DNA of 64,000 nt from Candidatus Omnitrophota bacterium (GTDB taxonomy: Bacteria > Omnitrophota > Gorgyraeia > JAGLLT01), in NCBI GenBank assembly GCA_030632085.1, contig DAOVJY010000001.1:66125-130124 (forward strand). The letters are read 5' to 3'. Numbering within the stretch: the stretch's first letter is position 1; each line of letters starts with the position of its first letter. The position numbers and the translations under genes are program-made. Below are positions 57,342-64,000 of this stretch, in pieces. The notes under the pieces are model-generated. The model was not told the DNA's origin and made no database searches. It saw only the letters and a list, made by a program, of their open reading frames with translations.

Positions 57342-58506
57342 GAAGTTTCTTAATCCTTTCTACCGCTTCCTTTAATCTCATCTCATCTACGGTTAAAGCC
57401 ACTCTTATATATCCTTCACCGTTTTCACCAAAACCTACGCCGGGAGTAACAACTATATCCGCCTTCTCCAGTAAACTGTCTGAGAGCTCTATGGAAGTGT
57501 ACCCCGGAGGAACCGGAGTCCAGACATAAAAGGTTGCTTTAGGTTTAGCGACTTTCCAACCCAGAGAATTCAGGCCGTCGACAAAGACATCCCTTCTTTG
57601 CTTATACATTTTAAGAAGTTCGTCTATATGATCAGTTTCTATTTCCAGGGCTTCTATGGCCGCGTGCTGTATAGCCTCAAAAATACCGGAGTCGATATTC
57701 TCTTTTACTTTAGCTAAACCAGCAATTACATCTTTATTGCCGCAGGCAAAACCAATCCTCCAACCGGTCATATTAAACGTCTTTGATAAAGAATGAAATT
57801 CAACGCCCACGCCCTTGGCCCCCTCAACCTCTAAAAAACTCATGGGTTTGGGTTCTTCGTAATAAAGCTCCGAATAAGCCGCGTCGTGAGCCACAATAAT
57901 ATTATTACTTTCGGCGAAACTAACCACCCTCTCAAAAAAATCTTTATTAGCGCAGGCACCTGTAGGATTATTAGGATAATTTATAAACATAATCTTAGCG
58001 TTTTTCGCCACCTGACTATCTATGGCATCTAAATCAGGCAAGAAATCATTTTGCTCCAATAGCGGCATATAGTAAGGGTTGCCTCCGGCTAAAATTGTCC
58101 CTGATTTATATGGCGGGTAACACGGGTCGGGTACTAAAGCCGTCTCCTGAGAGTTTACAAAAGCCAAAGGCATATGAGCAATACCTTCTTTTGAACCGAT
58201 AAGGGGTAAAATCTCCGTATCCGGATCAAGAGTTACGTCAAATCTTTTTTTATACCATCTCGCGATAGCTTCCCTGAAAGAACTTAAACCTTTGCCCAAA
58301 GGATATCTGTGAGTATTGGGGTTTTCCACTTCCTGACATAGCTTTTTTATAATATAATCAGGTGTAGGCGTATCAGGATCTCCCACGCCTAAGTCGATAA
58401 TATCCTTACCGGCATCTTTTTTCTCTTTCTTCTTCTTGTCTATTTCAATAAAAAGATATGGCGGTAATTTTTTTAGACGTTGTGCTATCTCAACTTTAAT
58501 ACCCAT
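57334..58506 (-). CDS. dapL: LL-diaminopimelate aminotransferase (DapL-type class I aminotransferase)
   Basis: LPPYLFIEID...IIDLGVGDPDTPTP N-terminus and SLSKTFNMTGWR PLP-lysine region; located inside a dap gene cluster. Confidence 0.7.
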   Translation of the reverse strand: MGIKVEIAQRLKKLPPYLFIEIDKKKKEKKDAGKDIIDLGVGDPDTPTPDYIIKKLCQEVENPNTHRYPLGKGLSSFREAIARWYKKRFDVTLDPDTEILPLIGSKEGIAHMPLAFVNSQETALVPDPCYPPYKSGTILAGGNPYYMPLLEQNDFLPDLDAIDSQVAKNAKIMFINYPNNPTGACANKDFFERVVSFAESNNIIVAHDAAYSELYYEEPKPMSFLEVEGAKGVGVEFHSLSKTFNMTGWRIGFACGNKDVIAGLAKVKENIDSGIFEAIQHAAIEALEIETDHIDELLKMYKQRRDVFVDGLNSLGWKVAKPKATFYVWTPVPPGYTSIELSDSLLEKADIVVTPGVGFGENGEGYIRVALTVDEMRLKEAVERIKKLHE

Positions 58507-58520
58507 CTTTTCCCTTTCTT

Positions 58521-59321
58521 TTATATAAGGTCTTCTGTTGAAAACAGGCCCTTTTTCTTAGTGCTGATAAATTTAAGCGCCGCAACAGCTCCCTTGGCGA
58601 ATATATTTCTGGAGAAAGCGTTATGAGTGATAATAATTTCATCTTCCTCGCTAATAAATCTAATCTCATGCTTGCCTTTTATATTACCGGCTCTTAAGGC
58701 ATGGATGCAAATCTGATTCTCAGGCCGGCTTTGCGCCCTGCCTTTTCTGCCGTAGGTGATAACCTTATCCGGTTTCTGATTTCTGGCGAGAGCAATAATA
58801 TCAGCCATTCTTTTAGCTGTTCCGCTCGGGGCGTCTTTCTTGTGGATATGATGTGTTTCGACTATTTCCACATTATAATCACCCGGTAAGACGCTGGCAA
58901 CTTTCTCTAAAATATTAAAGACAACATTAACACCTATGCTGGTATTTGGTGAAAAGAAAATCGGAATTTTAGCCGAGGCTTTCTTAATCTTATCGATTTC
59001 AATCTTGGTAAAACCGGTGGTTCCGATAACCATCGCCTTTTTTGACTTAATTGCTTCATGTAGATGTTCAAGAACGCATTTCGGAGCCGTATATTCAATA
59101 ATCACATCAGCTTCTTCTATTGCCTTTTTAATATTATCCGTTATTCGGCAACTTAGAGAAGGTGAATTTATGTCCACGACATCAGAAAACTTTTTGCCGA
59201 CGTCAGGATGGCCCTTTTTCTCAATAGCGGCAACAACCTTCGCGCCTTTTTCCTGAGAGATAAGCCCGGCGATAAGCTTTGACATTCTGCCGGAAGCTCC
59301 ACTAATAATAACTCTTATCAT
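58521..59321 (-). CDS. dapB: 4-hydroxy-tetrahydrodipicolinate reductase
   Basis: MIRVIISGASGRMSK NAD(P)-binding N-terminus; 266 aa. Confidence 0.85.
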   Translation of the reverse strand: MIRVIISGASGRMSKLIAGLISQEKGAKVVAAIEKKGHPDVGKKFSDVVDINSPSLSCRITDNIKKAIEEADVIIEYTAPKCVLEHLHEAIKSKKAMVIGTTGFTKIEIDKIKKASAKIPIFFSPNTSIGVNVVFNILEKVASVLPGDYNVEIVETHHIHKKDAPSGTAKRMADIIALARNQKPDKVITYGRKGRAQSRPENQICIHALRAGNIKGKHEIRFISEEDEIIITHNAFSRNIFAKGAVAALKFISTKKKGLFSTEDLI

Positions 59322-59359
59322 TCTTTTTCTCCTCGTATAATATGTCTAAAGTCATACCC

Positions 59360-59415
59360 TTGCAGGGCACAGGCAAGACACAAGTATAAAGACACTAGTC
59401 ACAAGTACAAAGTCA
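59360..59415. repeat. ACAAG-rich repeat module (ACACAAGTATAAAGACACTAGTCACAAGTACAAAGTCA)
   Basis: shares CACTAGTCACAAG and ACAAGTACAAAGTCA with 48190..48215. Confidence 0.55.
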
Positions 59416-59422
59416 TTTATAT

Positions 59423-59447
59423 ATGTTCGAGGTTTAACCTCGAACAT
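59423..59447. repeat. GTTCGAGG hairpin element (ATGTTCGAGG-TTTAA-CCTCGAACAT)
   Basis: 10-bp perfect stem between dapB and dapA. Confidence 0.6.
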
Positions 59448-59448
59448 A

Positions 59449-60324
59449 TCATCTTCTTATTAAACCCGCTTCAATAAGTGCCTCTTTAAGTTTGCCTTCA
59501 TTGGCTTCGGTCATAGAACAAAGTGGAAGGCGCAGGACACCGTTTAACATATCCATAAACATCATAGCCGTCTTGACGCTTATGGGGTTAGTTTCAATAA
59601 ACATTGACTTAAATATGGGATAAAGCTTGTAATGCAGTTCCCGGGCCTTTGAAATATCACCTTCAGCAAAAGCCGCCACCATATTTGAAATTTCTTCAGG
59701 AATTATATTACCGGCAACCGAGACCACGCCCGCGGCACCTATAGACATCATAGGTATAGTCAGCGCGTCATCACCTGATAAAACCGTTATATCACAGAGA
59801 GATAAAATTTGACTGACCTGCTCCAAAGAACCGCTGGCTTCTTTGACCGCCATAATATTATCTATCTTATTTAAAGTAGCGATAGTTTCCGGCAGTAAAG
59901 ATATGCCCGTCCTGGAAGGAACATTATATAAAACTATGGGAATATCAACCGCCTTGGCTATTTTTTCATAATGCATTATCTGGCCATTAGGTGTCGGCTT
60001 ATTATAATATGGTGTAATTACTAAAACTCCGTCAGCCCCGGCCTTTTCGGCATATTTACTTAACTCTAAAGCTTCCTCGGTGCTGTTAGAACCCGTCCCG
60101 GCTAAAACCGGCACTCTTTTATTGACCGCCTCAATCGCTATCTTAATTAGTTTCTTCTGTTCATTATGATTAAGAGTTGCCGCCTCACCCGTACAGCCGC
60201 AGGGCACCAGGCCGCTGATTCCATTCTCAATCTGAAAATCTATCAGTTCCCTGAATTTGGCCTCATCCATCTGGCCCTCTTTATCAAACGGTGTTACTAT
60301 CGCCGTATAACAGCCTTTAAACAT
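59449..60324 (-). CDS. dapA: 4-hydroxy-tetrahydrodipicolinate synthase (start moved to MFKGCYTAIVTPF)
   Basis: GISGLVPCGCTGEA and Schiff-base Lys region; GAGGGGAAG RBS before internal ATG at about 60324; track start lies inside the repeat region. Confidence 0.8.
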   Translation of the reverse strand: MFKGCYTAIVTPFDKEGQMDEAKFRELIDFQIENGISGLVPCGCTGEAATLNHNEQKKLIKIAIEAVNKRVPVLAGTGSNSTEEALELSKYAEKAGADGVLVITPYYNKPTPNGQIMHYEKIAKAVDIPIVLYNVPSRTGISLLPETIATLNKIDNIMAVKEASGSLEQVSQILSLCDITVLSGDDALTIPMMSIGAAGVVSVAGNIIPEEISNMVAAFAEGDISKARELHYKLYPIFKSMFIETNPISVKTAMMFMDMLNGVLRLPLCSMTEANEGKLKEALIEAGLIRR

Positions 60325-60389
60325 AATCTTCCCCTCATAGTTATTCGTTCTTAGCTGATAGCTTACAGCTAAGGGCAAAGAGTCAAACA

Positions 60390-60660
60390 AAACATAAGTC
60401 ACAAGTGCAAAGAGTATATAGCTGTCAGCCTACAGTTGTCAGCTTTCAGCAAAAAAAACAAATAAAAAACAAGATACAAGATGCAATGACCAAATAATAA
60501 CCAATGACCAAATTCGAATAACCCAACTAAAACAAGAAAAACTGTTTGATTATTGGATATTGGAATTTGAATATTGTTTGTAACTTGTAACTTGGTTATT
60601 GGTGATTGTTTATATTTTGCGTCCAAATCATAAGTCACAATACAAATAGCTAAGTGCTTT
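60390..60660. repeat. mosaic AT-rich intergenic repeat element (64-bp module 60490..60555 shared with 6303..6368)
   Basis: ATAAGTCACAAG motifs at both ends, TCAGCTTTCAGCAAAAA at 60439..60455, internal imperfect inverted repeats. Confidence 0.6.
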
Positions 60661-60674
60661 GGATTTATTACTCT

Positions 60675-61484
60675 TTACGTAACAATATACTTGCCTTTAT
60701 AAACTAAATTACAGGCACCTTCTAAATATAAATTTTTACACTCACTATTTTCTAAATCAAAATAAACTTTTAAAATTTTACCTGAAGCCGTTATCAAATT
60801 TACCGGAGATACGGCCTTATCCAACATCGCGGCAACTACAGCCGAAGCCGCGCAGCCTGTACCACAGGCCAAAGTTTCCCCCTCGACTCCTCTTTCATAT
60901 GTTCTTATTTTTAAGTTATGTTCATCTACTACCTCGATAAAATTCACATTCGCCCCCGCGGGTGAAAACTCCTTGTTATATCTTATCTTAGAACCCAGCT
61001 CTTCCATGGGCGCAACATCCACCTTATCAACCACACGAACCACATGCGGCACACCTGTATTAGTAAAAGATACTTCTAAATCTTTATCATCAACCTCTAT
61101 TATAAAATTAAGTCTGGTATCTTTGGGGTCAATTAATTTCAGGCGCGGAACACCGTTATTAATTTCAATCGCAATCACTCCCGCCAAGGTCTCCATACGC
61201 ATTTTGTGTTTATTGAACTTATATGTATAAGCGTAAAGCCCCATACAACGGGCCCCGTTGCCGCACATTTCAACCTCGCCGCCGTCAGGATTAAAAATAC
61301 GCATCTTAAAGTCACAGGTTTCCGACTTATCGTAGAGCATAACTCCGTCAGCCCCGATAGCCTTCTCGCGCTTGCAAATTTCAACTACCAGCTTATTTAA
61401 ATCCATTCCGGAGGGTAAATTCTCGGCGTCGATAATGATAAAATCATTACCCGCCGCCTCCGCTTTTATAAAATCAAAACTCAT
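60675..61484 (-). CDS. dapF: diaminopimelate epimerase
   Basis: MSFDFIKAEAAGNDFIIID and two catalytic Cys regions (MCGNGARC, LACGTGCAASAV). Confidence 0.85.
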   Translation of the reverse strand: MSFDFIKAEAAGNDFIIIDAENLPSGMDLNKLVVEICKREKAIGADGVMLYDKSETCDFKMRIFNPDGGEVEMCGNGARCMGLYAYTYKFNKHKMRMETLAGVIAIEINNGVPRLKLIDPKDTRLNFIIEVDDKDLEVSFTNTGVPHVVRVVDKVDVAPMEELGSKIRYNKEFSPAGANVNFIEVVDEHNLKIRTYERGVEGETLACGTGCAASAVVAAMLDKAVSPVNLITASGKILKVYFDLENSECKNLYLEGACNLVYKGKYIVT

Positions 61485-61485
61485 T

Positions 61486-62733
61486 TTATATTCCCTTAAC
61501 TTTCACATCAGTGGCGATTAAGTCCTGATAGGTTTCTCTTTTTCTTATAAGGTAATACTTATTACCTTTAACCAACACCTCAGCCGCCCGCGGGCGGGCA
61601 TTATAGTTTGAAGACATGGAAAACCCGTAAGCCCCGGCCCCTAAGACAACCAAAAAGCCGCCGCTTTTTACCTTGTGAAACTTTCTTGATTTACCTAAGA
61701 AGTCTCCCGTTTCACATACCGGGCCGACGATATCGACCAACTTCTTAAAATATGACTTCGACTTCTCTAACAGCACAATCGCGTGAAAGGCCTTGTATAA
61801 CGCGGGCCGCATTAAATCATTCATAGCTGTGTCCGTAATTACAAAGGTCTTAGTCGGGGCGTCTTTAACATAAAGTACCTTAGCCACTAAAGCCCCGCTA
61901 TTACCCACAATAAATCTGCCGGGCTCTAAAATAAGGCGAGCCTTAATCTTTCTTAATAGAGGCGCTATAGCCTTAGCAAAACTTTCAGCCGTCTGCGGCT
62001 TTTCATCATCATAGATGATACCTAAACCGCCGCCTAAATTAATATAATCTAACCTTATCTTATTAGCCTTGATAAAAGTTATAATCTTCTTTAGGGCATC
62101 CTTGTAAGGCTTGGCCGTGGTAATCTGAGATCCGATATGCAAATGAATGCCGTTTAAATTAAGGTATTCATACTTATCCGTCGATGAAAATATTTCCTTG
62201 GCCACCTTTAAGTCAATTCCAAACTTATTTTCTTTTTTAGAGGTGGTAATATACTCATGCGTCTTAGCATCAACATCGGGATTAACCCTTATAGCCACAT
62301 TGGCCTTTTTCTTGAACTTTTTAGCTATGCGATTTATATTCTCTAATTCGGGAACGGACTCCACATTAAAGAATAAAATATCGGCCTTTAAGGCCTCACG
62401 TATTTCTTCATCGGTCTTACCTACAGAGGCGAAGACTATCTTGGACGGCTTAACTTGCGCCTTTAAAGCCTTATAAAGTTCGCCGCCTGAGACAACATCT
62501 AAACCCGCGCCTTCTCTAATAAGAATACGCAGAATATTTAAATTAGCGTTTGACTTTACCGAATAACAAATTAACGGCTTAAACTCGCTAAAGGCCAGCT
62601 TTATCTTACGAAAGTGGTCGACTAAGGTCTTATGGCTGTAAACATACAAGGGTGTCTTAAACTCTTCAGCCAGTAATTCAAGAGGCACATTTTCGCAATA
62701 AAACTTATTCTTCTTGTACTTAAATTCGTGCAT
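61486..62733 (-). CDS. lysA: diaminopimelate decarboxylase
   Basis: 415 aa; PLP-binding CYSVKSNAN and EPGRFIVG motifs of Orn/DAP/Arg decarboxylase family 2. Confidence 0.85.
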   Translation of the reverse strand: MHEFKYKKNKFYCENVPLELLAEEFKTPLYVYSHKTLVDHFRKIKLAFSEFKPLICYSVKSNANLNILRILIREGAGLDVVSGGELYKALKAQVKPSKIVFASVGKTDEEIREALKADILFFNVESVPELENINRIAKKFKKKANVAIRVNPDVDAKTHEYITTSKKENKFGIDLKVAKEIFSSTDKYEYLNLNGIHLHIGSQITTAKPYKDALKKIITFIKANKIRLDYINLGGGLGIIYDDEKPQTAESFAKAIAPLLRKIKARLILEPGRFIVGNSGALVAKVLYVKDAPTKTFVITDTAMNDLMRPALYKAFHAIVLLEKSKSYFKKLVDIVGPVCETGDFLGKSRKFHKVKSGGFLVVLGAGAYGFSMSSNYNARPRAAEVLVKGNKYYLIRKRETYQDLIATDVKVKGI

Positions 62734-63990
62734 TTACTTTAATGCCTTTCTCCAATGTACAATTTGCTTGCCGACTGATACAGGTGAAGTTCCTCCTTCT
62801 GATTTAACCGCTTTTACAGAGTGAGAAGCATCAGTCAATTTATCAAGCACAGCTTTATTAAAATATTTACAGATTTTCTTTAATTGTATATTTGTAATAT
62901 CCTTTATCATTATCTTTTTATCCAGGCAGAATCTAATCAATTTACCGGTTACATCGTGCGCCTCTCTATAAGAAACCCCTTTCTTAATGAGATACTCCGC
63001 GAGGTCAGTGGCAAAGATAAAATCATTTTCCGCCAGGTAAATTTCAAGTTTCTTTTTATTAAATTTAAGGCTCTTAAATACTCCTTCAGTTATCTGAAGT
63101 GAAGCAATTATGCCTTCAAGGGACGCAAAGAGAGCCTCTTTATCAAACTGCATATCTCTATTGTAGGCATGCGGCAGGCCTTTTAAGAGCCCCGAGACCT
63201 GCGTCAACGCGCCCAGTGCCTTTGAAGCAAAGCCCCTGACTAATTCCAGGGTATCAGCGTTTCTCTTGTTGGGCATCATACTTGAGCCGGTTAAATAAGC
63301 CTCATCAATTTCAATAAATGAAAACTCATAGGTTGAGTAAATAATTAAGTCCTCGGCTATTCTTGATAAATTAACAGCCAGAATATTTACAGCTGAGAGT
63401 ATCTCCAGAATGTAATCTCTGGATGATACAGACTCGATTGAATTAGAACTGACCTTTAAAAAGCCTAACTCTTTAGCTACAAAACTTCTATCAATATTTA
63501 GCGTAGTGCCCCTGGCGGCACAAGCGCCTAAAGGCATTTCATCGGCACTACTGACAGCGTGCATCATTCTTACTTTGTCCTTTTGAAGCATTTCTATATA
63601 GGCGCAAAATAAGTGTGAAGCCAGTATCGCCTGGGCCGGCTGCAAATGCGTATAAACCGGTATAATCACGGAAATATTTTTCTCCGCCTGTTTTAAGATA
63701 GCTTTCTGCAAATCAATAATCTTTAAAGCCACCTCTTCAGCGGCATCAAGGCAATACATTCTGGTATCAAGCGCTACCTGGTCATTCCTGGACCTGGCTG
63801 TGTGCAGTTTATCGGCCACTTTTCCGGAAACTTCCTTTTCAAGAAGCAGATTGACATATGTGTGCACATCTTCTACGCCGTCAAAAGTCATAGGGGTTTT
63901 GCCGGATTCCACCTTTTTTAAGATATTTTTGAGGCCCTTAACTAAACCTTGAGAATCTTTTTTGGAAATTATCTTTTTTTTGCCTAACAT
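62734..63990 (-). CDS. argH: argininosuccinate lyase (5' end probably beyond window edge)
   Basis: GSSMMPNKRNADTLELVRG fumarate-lyase signature; reading frame stays open to the window end. Confidence 0.85.
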   Translation of the reverse strand: MLGKKKIISKKDSQGLVKGLKNILKKVESGKTPMTFDGVEDVHTYVNLLLEKEVSGKVADKLHTARSRNDQVALDTRMYCLDAAEEVALKIIDLQKAILKQAEKNISVIIPVYTHLQPAQAILASHLFCAYIEMLQKDKVRMMHAVSSADEMPLGACAARGTTLNIDRSFVAKELGFLKVSSNSIESVSSRDYILEILSAVNILAVNLSRIAEDLIIYSTYEFSFIEIDEAYLTGSSMMPNKRNADTLELVRGFASKALGALTQVSGLLKGLPHAYNRDMQFDKEALFASLEGIIASLQITEGVFKSLKFNKKKLEIYLAENDFIFATDLAEYLIKKGVSYREAHDVTGKLIRFCLDKKIMIKDITNIQLKKICKYFNKAVLDKLTDASHSVKAVKSEGGTSPVSVGKQIVHWRKALK

Positions 63991-64000
63991 TTTCGCGTGA

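Noticed and set aside
60399-60638. 79-aa ORF inside the 60.4-kb mosaic repeat
   Set aside because: Lies wholly within a repeat element whose near-identical 64-bp module also occurs at 6.3 kb out of frame; hydrophobic translation is an artefact of T-rich repeat sequence.

Overview
This window is AT-rich, almost entirely minus-strand coding, and comes from a bacterium with PVC/Omnitrophota-like traits. Those traits are a DUF1559-type prepilin, pseudopilin clusters, five PilZ-domain genes, and PEP-CTERM proteins.

Housekeeping content:
- era, recG, an RlmD-family methyltransferase and an M48 protease.
- ychF, an ExbB/ExbD/TonB module and an acyl-CoA ligase.
- A lysine/DAP block (argH-lysA-dapF-dapA-dapB-dapL), then folK-panC-nadX and rpmB.

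Accessory and decaying content:
- 17.4-34.8 kb is a PEP-CTERM/exosortase-type exopolysaccharide locus. It has a PrsT-like TPR lipoprotein, three PEP-CTERM proteins, EpsI and three GT4 glycosyltransferases. No exosortase is seen, the priming sugar transferase is a pseudogene and a PEP-CTERM paralog is reduced to a remnant. An AbiE toxin-antitoxin cassette is inserted next to epsI.
- A second AbiE cassette sits between era and rlmD, flanked by a 30-bp direct duplication of the rlmD start.
- There is an RHH/MazF pair, a nucleotidyltransferase module, a REP-associated tyrosine transposase (RAYT) with four REP copies, and three further families of small palindromic or mosaic intergenic repeats.
- LacI and UvrA survive only as C-terminal remnants.
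- One intergenic region carries a candidate ~105-nt sRNA.
- A REP-flanked orphan gene island sits at 43.7-46.0 kb.

No tRNA, rRNA or CRISPR array was found by eye. Coordinates of hand-located small elements are approximate (about +/-2 nt).
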